A program made the position numbers and the translations under genes. From contig CAWDSK010000006.1 of NCBI GenBank assembly GCA_963804995.1, positions 1,600,001 to 1,664,000 on the forward strand: 64,000 nt of DNA, in the 5' to 3' direction. This stretch comes from an uncultured Acidobacteriota bacterium. Its GTDB lineage: Bacteria; Acidobacteriota; Terriglobia; UBA7540. Positions 43,194 through 53,550 of this stretch are shown here, in pieces. The notes beneath the pieces were generated by a model. It was not told the origin of the DNA and did not search any database. It worked only from the letters and a program-made list of their open reading frames with translations. Position 1 is the stretch's first letter. The number at the start of each line of letters is the position of its first letter.

Positions 43194-44546
43194 TTAGTGT
43201 TCTTGAAACGGCCACTCTCTACGTACGCGAGCGCGTGCCATGTAAGCAACCGTACCTACCGCAAACACTCCGAAAGCAAACAGCAGGGAATTCCTGGCAG
43301 CGGTTCCCAGCACGTAAACCCATCCACATAGAGAAATGATTCCGGGCAGCGGATAGAGCCACATGCGGAAGGGACGTGGCAGACCCGGTGCGCGGAATCG
43401 CAACAGGAAAAACCCGATGGTCTGGGGAAGGTATTGGATGAGCACGCGCGTGGCGATGAGGCTGCCGATGACTTCGCTCAAGCGGCCCAGGCTGAAGATG
43501 GCTGCAATCAATCCGAGCGTGATAAGGGAAACGTAGGGAAATCCGCCCTTCGGGTGCAGGCGTGCGAAGGCCGGAAAGAAATTCCCATCGACGGCTGCAG
43601 CGTAAGGAACGCGCGAGTACCCCAGCAGCAACGAAAAGACTGAAGAGAATGCGATCCAGAGCAGCAGCACGGTCATGACCTTACCCGCCGCGGACCCAAA
43701 CAGAGTTTCAACGTAGACCGAAGCAATAAAGCGGCTCTGGATGGCCTCGCGCCAGGGGATGACACTGAGGAACGAAGCGGTCATCATGATGTAAAGCACC
43801 GCTACAGTCAGGATTGAAAACATGATGGCGCGCGGAATGACCCGGCCGGGGTTGCGAATCTCCCCTGCCAAATAGCAGACGTTATAGTAACCAAAGTAAT
43901 CGTAGAGGGCATAAAGCGTGGCGTGCCCCAGCCCCGCCCAAAAAATCCAGTTGAGGTGAAATGCTCCAGGAGGGAAATCGAAGAGGCGCGAGGCGCTGAG
44001 GTGCGGCAGGCCAGAGAGGGCAATCCACAGGCACCCAATGAGCACACCCGTAACCAGCACCACGGAAAGATTCCCGATAGCTCCGATGCGGCGGTAGAGC
44101 AGCCCCACGAGGAGCAATGGAAAAACCGCCGCCACCACTCGCACTTCTCCGGACGTAAGCTGCGGCACGAGGTACTGCAAGTAGTTCGCGAACCCAATAC
44201 TGCCGCTGGCGATGGAGAGGGGGGCAGAAAAAATGATCTGCCACACCATCAGAAATGAAAGCCAGCGGCCCATACGCTGGGGACCATACGCTTCGCGCAG
44301 ATAATTGTAGCTACCGCCTGCCTGGGGCAGCGCGGCGCCAAGTTCCGCCCACACCAGCCCATCGCAAAAGGCCAGAACCGCACCCACCAGCCAGCCGAGC
44401 ATCGCTTGGGGGCCGCCCATGGTGGCAAGGAAAAGTGGGATCGTAATGTAGGGGCCGATTCCCACCATGTCAGTAATGGCGAGGGCCGTGGCCTGAATCA
44501 GACCCAATTCCCGCCGCAGACCCGGATTGGTTGTGGTGTTAGCCAA
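43194..44546 (-). CDS. APC family amino acid permease
   Basis: MVGIGP, AELGAALPQAGGSY, multiple TM segments. Confidence 0.9.
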   Translation of the reverse strand: MANTTTNPGLRRELGLIQATALAITDMVGIGPYITIPLFLATMGGPQAMLGWLVGAVLAFCDGLVWAELGAALPQAGGSYNYLREAYGPQRMGRWLSFLMVWQIIFSAPLSIASGSIGFANYLQYLVPQLTSGEVRVVAAVFPLLLVGLLYRRIGAIGNLSVVLVTGVLIGCLWIALSGLPHLSASRLFDFPPGAFHLNWIFWAGLGHATLYALYDYFGYYNVCYLAGEIRNPGRVIPRAIMFSILTVAVLYIMMTASFLSVIPWREAIQSRFIASVYVETLFGSAAGKVMTVLLLWIAFSSVFSLLLGYSRVPYAAAVDGNFFPAFARLHPKGGFPYVSLITLGLIAAIFSLGRLSEVIGSLIATRVLIQYLPQTIGFFLLRFRAPGLPRPFRMWLYPLPGIISLCGWVYVLGTAARNSLLFAFGVFAVGTVAYMARARVRREWPFQEH

Positions 44547-44733
44547 TTGTCGCCTGCTGAGCGTCGCGTGGCGCTTTCACCCGGTCCGCAATATGCGGAA
44601 GGCTCGCAGAATCACTCAGTTTAATGCTGACCGCTTATTTCACAATGGCAGGATGAAGTCAAGACTGGCGACCATGACTCTATTGCACCCTTACACCCAA
44701 GAAAGGGCAATCGTAACCCCTGCGCAAGGTGGC

Positions 44734-44961
44734 CTATTTCTTTTGAAACGCGTGGAGCAGCTCCGCTTTGACACGCGGAGCGGGACGAACAGGTTTGCAT
44801 GTGAGGCCCAGAATATATACGGTTTCCACCGCTTCGCGTATTCGTGTGAGGCAATGCGGGCACTCGCGCGCCAGGTGCTCGCGGAGCTCGACCGCGCCCT
44901 GGTCAGAGAGCGCGCCAAGCAAAAACAGCTCGTAGAGATCTTCTAAAGGTTGGCAGCCCAT
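44734..44961 (-). CDS. Short zinc-finger anti-sigma factor domain protein
   Basis: LFLLGAL...HLARECPHC; overlaps the end of the sigma gene. Confidence 0.7.
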   Translation of the reverse strand: MGCQPLEDLYELFLLGALSDQGAVELREHLARECPHCLTRIREAVETVYILGLTCKPVRPAPRVKAELLHAFQKK

Positions 44962-45677
44962 GTTCCCAATATGGCCCGGCGTCGGTGCTTTACAAAGGTA
45001 ACCGCAGCCCGCAGGCCCGACCGGACTTTACCCAAAGGCTCACCCAGCTCCGCAGCGATTTCGGCTTCTCCCAGGCCTCGGAACACCGCGAATTCCAAAG
45101 CTTGGCGCTGGGATTGCGGCAATTGATTCACAACCTTATGGAGAAGCTCCAAGCGGTCATCAATCACCGCAATCTCCGCCGGTCGTGGCAACCAGGCAGG
45201 AAGGATTTGGATCGTAGCCGCGGCTTTTGTGGGAGGAGCAGCGTTGGTTTTCCCCGGCGGGGTGCGGGGATCAGATAACTTTGACGTGGCCTTTCCGGAG
45301 ATCGCAGCAGAAGCAGAGGTCTTTGCGCCGCGAGGAATCCTCTCAACTCCTTTTCCCGCGCCTGTACTTGCGCTTGGGGCGGCGGCGTGCAACTTGCCAT
45401 GGCGCTGGGAGCGGAGCCTTTCCAGAGCCGCCTGGCGCGAGGTGACCACCAGCCAAGCAGCCACACTGCCACCCGTCCCGGCGAGGTTTCGGCCATCAGT
45501 CCACAGGCGCTCGAACACTTCCCGGAGGATCTCCTCCGCTTCATCCCGAGAAGGAAGAATATGGGTCAGCAGGCCAAAGACTCGCGGCGCGAACCGGTCA
45601 TAGAGCTCGCCGAGCGCGGCCGGGTCGTTCCTGCTAAGGCGTTCCATCAACTCTGCATCGGAAGTTTCTTCAATCAT
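44943..45677 (-). CDS. ECF sigma factor (SigK-like) with a long low-complexity linker
   Basis: Region 2 LYDRFAPRVF...AEEILREVF; region 4 LPQSQRQAL...EIAAELGEPLGKVRSGLR. Confidence 0.85.
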   Translation of the reverse strand: MIEETSDAELMERLSRNDPAALGELYDRFAPRVFGLLTHILPSRDEAEEILREVFERLWTDGRNLAGTGGSVAAWLVVTSRQAALERLRSQRHGKLHAAAPSASTGAGKGVERIPRGAKTSASAAISGKATSKLSDPRTPPGKTNAAPPTKAAATIQILPAWLPRPAEIAVIDDRLELLHKVVNQLPQSQRQALEFAVFRGLGEAEIAAELGEPLGKVRSGLRAAVTFVKHRRRAILGTWAANL

Positions 45678-46031
45678 TAGACCATTCAGGCGCGGACAAC
45701 TTCCCCGGACCCCGGCATTAATCCCTTGTACTCATTCCCCATCGGCAACACCTGCGACGAGCAGTTGTCCTCGCCACATGAAGCAGAAGGCCGCAGCTTG
45801 CTCACTAATTGTATCGCAACGTGATTTATCAGGCCGTGAGAATCTCGGAGACGCCTTCCCGTCCGATTCCCTGATAGTACCCATAAACATAATCGATTGG
45901 ACTTCCGGGCGCCCTGGGCCTAGAAATATAAGCTGTCCCGCTGGAGTATTGGGTCCGCGTCGAGTAGACCTTGCCCCCAGGGCTTCGCGACGCGGGCCAG
46001 TGCGGGACGTTTTCCTCCTCTATCTACCTTT

Positions 46032-46070
46032 AAGGCCCTCAACGGCGCACTGCCGAGGGCCTTTTCTTTT
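46032..46070 (+). terminator. Rho-independent terminator on the + strand
   Basis: AAGGCCCTC-loop-GAGGGCCTT followed by TTCTTTT. Confidence 0.7.
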
Positions 46071-46148
46071 GAGGAGGGTGATCCGTTCGAACCTCAAGGC
46101 AATTTCCGCCATCTATAGACCTACCGCATCATCGAAAACCCCGGGAAA

Positions 46149-47501
46149 CTAAACGCGAACGCTTTTGGAGGCTCCATCCCACACGGCGATGTTCTTCTTG
46201 AAGTACGAGGCGTTGGCCATGTGGCAGGCGATGGCCGTGCTGTTTCCGAAGACGGCATCCTCGACGACGGGCTTGCGCGTCCGCACCGCGTCAAAAAAGT
46301 TCCGCAGATGTGGCTTGCCGTCGTCGTAACCCGCGGTAGAGCGATAAGTGACCGTTTCGTCACTGAGCTTGGCCAGTCTTGCGTCGTTCTCAATGTGCCA
46401 TTGCTTTTCGTACTCTTCCCGGAGGGTTTTCGGGAAGCTGCGGACGTTCCAACCCGGGGAATGAGCGGTTCCATCTTGCGACGTGAAGGTCAGTTCCGTA
46501 CTCCGAACCTCCAGGGCCCCGTGGGTCCCCAAAAATCGGGTGACCTCCGGCGTGTCGCAAGCAAGAGTAAGCCGGATGAGGACGGGAAACTTCGGATAGT
46601 CGTACAGCACGCAATGCACGTCCGGAACGTCGCGCCCATCTCGAAAATGGAACAATCCACCGGTCGCCAGGGCCCGCTGGGGAGGCTGATTGATTTCGCC
46701 GGCAAAGTGGATGCCGCTCAGCAGGTGAACCATCAGATCCCCCGCCACGCCTGACCCGTAGGCTTGCCAGCAACGCCAACGCACATAATGCAGGGGATTG
46801 AACGGGACCTTGGGGGCGGTGCCGAGCCAGGTGTCCCAATCCAACGTCTGCGGCGAGAGGTCCTGCGGGTAGGGATACACCCAGGCGCCGCCCGGTTCAT
46901 TGCGGCCCATCATGGATTCCACCGTATAGACCTCGCCGATCGCCCCGCTGTCAATCAGTTCCTTGGCCTTCCCGAAGATGACGGAACTGACGCGCTGGCT
47001 TCCCACTTGAACGATGCGGCCGTTTTTTTGCGCGGCCGCGATGATGTCGAAGCCCTCGCCCGGGGTGTGGGTCATGGGCTTTTCACAATAGACGTCCTTG
47101 CCGGCGTTGCAGCAATCCACCACGATCTGCCGGTGCCAATGGTCAGGAGTGGCATTGATGATGGCATCGATTTCCTTGTTATCCAACAAGTCCTGGTAGC
47201 GGCGCGTGGTGGGAATCGGTTTGCCGACGATTTCCTTGGCCACGTCGTGCCGGCCGTCATAGAGGTCGCAAGCCGCTACGCACTCAACGCCGGGCAGGGA
47301 TATCGCGTTGCGCAGCAGACCTGAACCCTGCATACCGATGCCGATGATGCCGAAGCGCACGGTGTCGCTGGGTGGAACAGGCGCATCCGCAGCGTAGGAT
47401 GTGCCAGGATCGAGCAGGATGGTTCTGGCCGCGAGCGTGGCTCCCGCTGCGCCGGCCGATCGCCGCATGAAATCACGGCGTGAGAATTTTTCGCGGGTCA
47501 T
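46149..47501 (-). CDS. Tat-exported Gfo/Idh/MocA oxidoreductase
   Basis: SRRDFM, ATPDHWH, VYCEKPM. Confidence 0.92.
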   Translation of the reverse strand: MTREKFSRRDFMRRSAGAAGATLAARTILLDPGTSYAADAPVPPSDTVRFGIIGIGMQGSGLLRNAISLPGVECVAACDLYDGRHDVAKEIVGKPIPTTRRYQDLLDNKEIDAIINATPDHWHRQIVVDCCNAGKDVYCEKPMTHTPGEGFDIIAAAQKNGRIVQVGSQRVSSVIFGKAKELIDSGAIGEVYTVESMMGRNEPGGAWVYPYPQDLSPQTLDWDTWLGTAPKVPFNPLHYVRWRCWQAYGSGVAGDLMVHLLSGIHFAGEINQPPQRALATGGLFHFRDGRDVPDVHCVLYDYPKFPVLIRLTLACDTPEVTRFLGTHGALEVRSTELTFTSQDGTAHSPGWNVRSFPKTLREEYEKQWHIENDARLAKLSDETVTYRSTAGYDDGKPHLRNFFDAVRTRKPVVEDAVFGNSTAIACHMANASYFKKNIAVWDGASKSVRV

Positions 47502-47688
47502 AAGTAATGCCTCCAAAAAAGAGAGAATGAGGACGGACGGCAATCCTAATCCTCAAGGGCAGGAAGAGCAAGGGAGAAGCGGGGAGTGGATCCGGGTTCT
47601 ACGCCGTCCGTGGGCGACTTTGCGCTTTGACTTTCCTTTGCGGCCCCGACGGGATGCACTACGTGCTCATCAATTTGCTCCAGACAGA

Positions 47689-47821
47689 CCCCTCACCCGC
47701 CTGCGGGCCGAAGCTGAAGTCGTTTACTGCTCCCAGGTGCCCCTCCGGTGGGCGTAGGCCCGTCCCGCCCCGGCTGGTGAAAACGCCGGCGGCGGTCCAC
47801 CCTCTCCCCTCGGAGAGGGCC
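47689..47821 (+). repeat. REP-like repeat copy 4, with the same 59-bp nested insert (47700-47758)
   Basis: CCCG duplication; matches 19490-19623. Confidence 0.85.
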
Positions 47822-47888
47822 ATGAATTCAAGCTCCCCTCTCATTCGAATAAATACAAAGAACCGATGGAACGATGCACCAGCAGGTT

Positions 47889-49256
47889 CTAGGCCCCCTG
47901 AATCCTGTGCGCGCCCTCATTCCACACGGCGATGGTCTTGTTGAAGTAAGAGTAATTCGCCATGTGGCAAGCGATGGCTGTGTGGTTGCCGAACACTGCA
48001 TCTTCCACGGGCAGCCGCCGCGAGCGCACCGATTCCATAAAATTGTTCAGATGATCGACGTGGTAATTGTAGCTGTGCGGGGCCTGGAAGAACTCAGCGG
48101 ATTCGGTTACCGTAGACATCCCCGGCAACGCCGCAGGGTGATCCTTGCGCCATTGTTCCAGATATTCTCTCCGCAGGTTGAGCGGCCACCCCAGAATCGA
48201 ATAGCCTTCGGGCGTCGGTTCGGTGTTCTGCGGCGTAAAGGAGAGCACGTCGTCTTTGATCTCCAACGTCCCTTTGGTGCCACAGAAGCGGGTCACGGCA
48301 GGCGATTCATTATTCAGGTTGCAGCGCAGCGACAGACGAAAGCTGGGATAGTCGAAAAGCGTCCAGATCAGGTCCGGGACGTCCCGGTTCTCAGTCCAGC
48401 GGAAGATGCCCCCGGTGCTGGCGGCGCGCAGCGGAGGCGCATTGGTCCCGGTGATGAAGTGCACACCCGTCAGCATGTGAACGAAAAGGTCCCCGGGCAA
48501 TCCCTCACCGTAATCCCGGAAGCAGCGCCAGCGGAAGAAACGGATGGGATCGTAAGGCCGCTTGGGGGCATCCCCCAGGAACCTGTCCCAATCGATGGTT
48601 TTCTCGCTGGCGTCGGGTGGAATGGGGTAGACCCACGCCCCGCTGGCATCATTGCGGTCGATACAAGCTTCAACCGCGGTCACCTGCCCCAGCGCGCCGC
48701 TCTCATATATCTGTTTGGCCTTGGCAAAGACGATCGAACTGCAATACTGGCTGCCCACCATAACCATGCGATGGGTCTTCTGCATGGCCTCCACCATCGC
48801 GAAGCCATTCTCCACGGTGTGCGACATGGGCTTTTCGCAGTAAACGTCCTTCCCCGCGGCACACGCATCCTGAGTAATCTTGGCATGCCAGTGGTCGGGC
48901 GTGGCCACCATAACGGCATCCACGTCATTGCGATCCAGAATGGCGCGGTAATCCTTGGTAGTGAAGATCTCTTTCTTCGCATACTCCTGGGCGGCGGTCA
49001 GGCGGCCATCGTACAGGTCGCACGCCGCCACCACCTCCGTATTGGGGCAGGCGAGCGCGGCCTGCATCACGGTGCAACCCTCCACGCCCGTGCCGATGGA
49101 CGCGAAGCGCACACGGTCACTGGCCGCAGCCGGGCGCGGCGCAGCTTGGAGCGCGAGCCCGGGAGTCAACAGATTGACTTTCCCCACAGCACCCATACCG
49201 GCGATTCCGGCAGTCGTACGCATAAAATCTCAACGGGTTAAATTATCGTCACGCAT
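47889..49256 (-). CDS. Gfo/Idh/MocA oxidoreductase; Tat motif interrupted by an in-frame TGA (MRDDNLTR*DFM)
   Basis: Paralog of 46149-47501; RBS GGAGG before the ATG at 49256; TGA at 49232-49230 replaces the expected CGA. Confidence 0.85.
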
Positions 49257-49504
49257 AACAGGATGACCTCCTTTAAAGGACCTGCACAGTCTGCCAGAAA
49301 TACCGGCGCGGTGAAAGGATTACCTGTGGGCATGAGACCAGAGGCCGTTGGAGAGAGTTCTCTCAACCGTGCGTCGCGACAGATGATATTGCAATATGGC
49401 TGTTCGCCAGGTTTTTCTGGGGGGAGAGGCTTCAATTCGTAAAAGCAACAGTTTTCAGGACGGCGGGCATCAAAGTAATAGACGGGCGCTTCAATCTAAC
49501 GCAA

Positions 49505-49744
49505 GTGTGGAGGGAACGAGTGGTGCTGTTTCAGCTAGTAAGGTGTTGTCCGAAGTGCCAAAGCAAGGAGGTACGCAGATCACACCGGAGGGGGGTTCTT
49601 GAACATGCCCTTCTTCCTATTCTCCTGTTGCGCCCCTTCCGTTGCGAAGTATGTGATTTTCGATACATCGGGCCGTTCTTTGCCAGGCGGGCGAAGGCAG
49701 AGGAATCTCCGCAGGGCTTTCCCGGCAATCTAGTTCAACTCTGA
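49505..49744 (+). CDS. Small putative zinc-ribbon protein
   Basis: CPKC...RRS...RPFRCEVC. Confidence 0.6.
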   Translation: MWRERVVLFQLVRCCPKCQSKEVRRSHRRGVLEHALLPILLLRPFRCEVCDFRYIGPFFARRAKAEESPQGFPGNLVQL

Positions 49745-49947
49745 CAGCCCCGACAGGAGTTGTGGGAGTAGCGCCGAATGGCATTCGGCGCGGCAAGTGT
49801 AGCGCCCCGAGGCATCGGGGTGGTTCTACCTGTGCCATTTGAGCGAACGTACCGTCGTGAAGAAGCAGGCGTGGCACGGCCACCCGAATTTGAGGTTTGT
49901 GGTTTTTCCAAATGAAGAGCCGCGGACCCCAAAAACGGGGGTCCGCG

Positions 49948-50430
49948 CTACGGTCGCTGTTCCGCAAGTTTACGGAGGGCATCGCCCGCCACCCGCATGG
50001 TGAGCCACTCCTTCATCACTTTCGCACCCAGCGATTCGTAAAACTCAATGGCTGGCGTGTTCCAGTCGAGCACCTGCCACTGATAGCGCCCGCAACCTTT
50101 CTCGGCCGCCAGCCTCGCCAGGTGTACAAGCAGCGCCTTGCCAATCCCTTTCTTCCGATACTGCGGCCGCACGAACAGGTCTTCCAGATAGAGTCCCGCC
50201 TTCCCCTGCCACGTGGAATAGTTGAAGAACCACAACGCAAAGCCCGCCGGCTGGCCGTCCCACTCAGCAATCTCCACGTAAAAGCGTGGCTCTCCGGAAA
50301 ACCCATCGCGCCTTAGATCCGCCGGTGTCGCCACGGCTGCTTCGGGCGCGCGCTCGTACTCGGCCAGCTCGCGGATAAATTCCAGGATCAGGGGAATATC
50401 GTCAGGGGTTGCTTTGCGGATGTTCAGCAT
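49948..50430 (-). CDS. GNAT N-acetyltransferase (SSAT-like)
   Basis: RELAEYE, YSTWQG, YLEDLFV, VLDWNTPAIEFY. Confidence 0.9.
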   Translation of the reverse strand: MLNIRKATPDDIPLILEFIRELAEYERAPEAAVATPADLRRDGFSGEPRFYVEIAEWDGQPAGFALWFFNYSTWQGKAGLYLEDLFVRPQYRKKGIGKALLVHLARLAAEKGCGRYQWQVLDWNTPAIEFYESLGAKVMKEWLTMRVAGDALRKLAEQRP

Positions 50431-50635
50431 GCCGCCATTGTAACCTAGCACGCGTAGACCTGTTCAGGAGGTCTGCGGTTGTGGCACAGCCACTCCTGGC
50501 TGTGTCGGTTGGCTCGAACCTCACGCCGCATTCACAGGCAGGAGTGCCTGTGCTACCGAGGGGGGCGCACACGTATCGCATTTTGGCATGTATGCGAGCA
50601 CAACATTCGGTCCATACGCATCGGTTGGGAAGAAA

Positions 50636-50705
50636 CCCCTCACCCGGCCCGCCCCGGCTGATGAGAACGCCGGCTGCGGTCCACCCTCTCCCCCCGGAGA
50701 GGGCT
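50636..50705 (+). repeat. REP-like repeat copy 5, within a mixed REP cluster (50453-50705)
   Basis: Matches 1985-2054; adjacent hairpins of other families. Confidence 0.85.
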
Positions 50706-50742
50706 ATGGATTCAAATCAGCGTTCCTATCTCATCGGTGGGC

Positions 50743-52110
50743 TTAATCCACTGGGGCAAGCTTCAAGACAAATGCCTCGGAGGTTTGCATCTCCTGGCTG
50801 GTCAGGACAGGCAATTCGATGTGCAGCCTTCCGCCCTCGCTGCGCCACTTGAGCGGCGTATCGGCGCCCAGCAACGTAATCATGGTCCGGGGAGTGGTTT
50901 TAGGCGCGGTGAGGACCAGTTCGTGCCCCGGCCACGACTTGGCAAGTGCGTAGACCACGCCGCCTTTCGTCGTATAGCGCACGTCGCCGTCCGTGGTCTC
51001 ACGCCAGGGGTGAGTGCCGTAGATGGCTTCGCCATTCACCTTAAGCCACGCGCCCAGGGCCAGCAGCCGTTGCTGCATGATGACCGGGACCAGTCCATCC
51101 GCCGTGGGACCGATATCCAGCAGCAGGTTGCCGCCGCTTGCCACGGTATCAATCAAGAGATCAACCAGCGTCTTCGGAGTCTTGTAGTCGTCGGCTGTTT
51201 CAACGCGGTTGTAGCCGAAGGATTTCCCAATGCCCTGGCATTCCTCCCACTTGTGCTGAGGTCCCAGCGTGACCCCCTTCTTCACAAAGGAGGCATATTC
51301 GGAAGTGAAGTATCCGCCGTCGGTTGAGCGCGTCTCCTCGCCCCAGCGGTCGTTTACAGCGATTGTATCCTTCACGGATGATTCGTTGTAGAGCCATGCC
51401 AGGAATTCCGTGGAGTGCCAGAAGGAACTGGGATGATCCCACTCACCGTCAGTCCACAGGAGCGAGGGCTTGTAGCGCTCCACCAAATCTTTCATCTGCG
51501 GAATCATGTGTTCAGTTACATAGCGCTCAGACTGGTTATGGTAGTCTGGGTTATACCATTCATAGAGTGAGTAGTAGAATCCCATCTTGAGCCCGCGCGC
51601 GACCCCCGCTTTCACAAGGTCTCCCGCCAGATCGCGGTGCGGACCTACATCCACAGAGTTCCAGTTCCAGCTTGCCGGACACGGCCAAAGGCAGAACCCC
51701 TCATGGTGCTTGGAGGTCAAGACCACGTAACGCGCCCCCGCGCGCTCAAAAAGTTCCACCCATTGGTCAGGGTCATAAAGCTGCGCTTTGAAGTCGGGGG
51801 CAAAGTCCTGATATTGGAAATTCGCGCCATAGTTGCGGAGGTGAAAGGCCCAGGTGGGACTCTGCTTGTCCTCCAGGTGTTGCCAGTACCACTCGGCGTA
51901 AGCCTGGCCTCCGTTGGAATGCGGGTCGGCATAGGCCGGCACGGAGTACACACCCCAATGGATAAAGATTCCGAACTTGGCTTCGTCAAACCAGGAGGGA
52001 GTGGCTCGCTGGTTGAGTGATTCCCAGGTGGGTTGGTAATGCGTCGTCTGTGCCCATACCCCAAGCGGCGCCAGAAGGAGGAGTGCAAGAAAAATTGTTC
52101 GTCGTTTCAT
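50743..52110 (-). CDS. Alpha-L-fucosidase (GH29)
   Basis: KFGIFIHWG, AEWY, TSKHHEGF, LWTDG, VNDRWG. Confidence 0.93.
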   Translation of the reverse strand: MKRRTIFLALLLLAPLGVWAQTTHYQPTWESLNQRATPSWFDEAKFGIFIHWGVYSVPAYADPHSNGGQAYAEWYWQHLEDKQSPTWAFHLRNYGANFQYQDFAPDFKAQLYDPDQWVELFERAGARYVVLTSKHHEGFCLWPCPASWNWNSVDVGPHRDLAGDLVKAGVARGLKMGFYYSLYEWYNPDYHNQSERYVTEHMIPQMKDLVERYKPSLLWTDGEWDHPSSFWHSTEFLAWLYNESSVKDTIAVNDRWGEETRSTDGGYFTSEYASFVKKGVTLGPQHKWEECQGIGKSFGYNRVETADDYKTPKTLVDLLIDTVASGGNLLLDIGPTADGLVPVIMQQRLLALGAWLKVNGEAIYGTHPWRETTDGDVRYTTKGGVVYALAKSWPGHELVLTAPKTTPRTMITLLGADTPLKWRSEGGRLHIELPVLTSQEMQTSEAFVLKLAPVD

Positions 52111-52233
52111 GCAGCGGATTGTAGCACCGGTGCAGGCGCTCGGGCAGAGAGATTCAACTCACACGCCGCCGACAATCCATTGACATCTCGAACCCATTGC
52201 GCTTAAATGGCGCCGCAACTGAGGAGGCTACAC

Positions 52234-53103
52234 ATGCTGACACGAAGGGATTTCGTGGGAAAGATTTTAGGAGGAACTGCGGCAGGCGTCGCGGCGGCGC
52301 ATTTGTCGGCGGCGGAGCGACCCGCCTGGACGGGGCCCATTGGCCTGGAACTCTACACGGTCCGTCATCTGTTTGCCAAGGACCCGGCCGGAACCCTGAA
52401 GCAAGTCGCCGCTGCGGGTTACAAGGAAATCGAAACCGGGCCGGGATTGAAGGCGGAGGAGTTGGTCAAGGACCTGCGCGCCGCCGGGCTCACCGCTCCC
52501 AGTGGCTACTTTGATTCGCCCAAAACCGTTGACGAGTGGAAGAAGACTCTCAACCTGGCCCACGCCTATGGCATGCACTTCGTGGTCGTGGGAGATAATC
52601 CCAAGCTGGATGCCGAGGCCTGGGAGCGCCGGACCGACCTGTACAATCAATGCGGAAAGCTGGCCCAGGACGCGGGGATGCAGTTCTGCTATCACGCGCA
52701 TTTTCGTGAGTTCGCGCGCACTGACAATACCTGCGGCTATGACCTGATGCTCACGCGTTGCGAGGCGCGGCTGCTGAAGATGGAAATGGACGTTTTCTGG
52801 GGCGTCTACGCGGGCATCGATCCGGTGTCGTACTTCGAGCGCTATCCCGGGCGCTTCCCGCTGCTCCATATCAAGGACCTGAAGAAAGGCTTTAAGGGCA
52901 GCACCACGGACTCGCCTTCCGACGCCGGCCCCAACCCGTTCTTCCCCGTCGGCCAGGGCAGCATCGATTGGAAGAAAATCTTTGCCCACGCGGGGCAAGC
53001 GGGCACGCAGCATATCTTCGTCGAACAGGACCGCTGCGACGTGCCGCCCCTCGAGGCTATAAAGATCAGCTATGATTTCCTGAAGAACTTGCGCTTGAGT
53101 TGA
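52234..53103 (+). CDS. Tat-exported sugar phosphate isomerase/epimerase family protein
   Basis: TRRDF, LYTVR, EMDVFW, LHIKD, FVEQD. Confidence 0.88.
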   Translation: MLTRRDFVGKILGGTAAGVAAAHLSAAERPAWTGPIGLELYTVRHLFAKDPAGTLKQVAAAGYKEIETGPGLKAEELVKDLRAAGLTAPSGYFDSPKTVDEWKKTLNLAHAYGMHFVVVGDNPKLDAEAWERRTDLYNQCGKLAQDAGMQFCYHAHFREFARTDNTCGYDLMLTRCEARLLKMEMDVFWGVYAGIDPVSYFERYPGRFPLLHIKDLKKGFKGSTTDSPSDAGPNPFFPVGQGSIDWKKIFAHAGQAGTQHIFVEQDRCDVPPLEAIKISYDFLKNLRLS

Positions 53104-53550
53104 GCCGACGCGAGGGGCCTCCCCACGCCGGCGTCGTTTCGCGCCTTGCCCAACTACGGTCAAGCCATCGCCATTTCCCTCGGATTGGTGCGCGCCACTT
53201 TAATCGCCCTCAATCCCCCAGCCAGGAGCGACGAGGGCCCACAGGGACAAGTTGCCCGAATTTATCCTTGCAAATTGCCGCTTCGGGAGCGACCATAGGG
53301 CTTTCCTCGAAAAAATTTCTAAGGGGGGCGCCCCTTGTGGCTCAAGTCGGAGGGTCGCCAAACGACGTGAGAATGTGTCCCACTTGTACACGCACGCGGG
53401 GCGTAGCGGGCCTTGTCCCACATATAATGAAGGCTCTGGGACATTTTCAGGCAACTAAAATGGGACGACTCGACGGTCAAATGACGGAAGATTCTGACGG
53501 GATTGTGGAGAAGAAGATCCTGGATCTGACCGGAGGAGGTTGGAGATTAT

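Noticed and set aside
49230..49232. Selenocysteine or recoded TGA
   Set aside because: The position corresponds to the second Arg of a Tat motif; other genes use TGA as stop; it fits the TCGA error pattern
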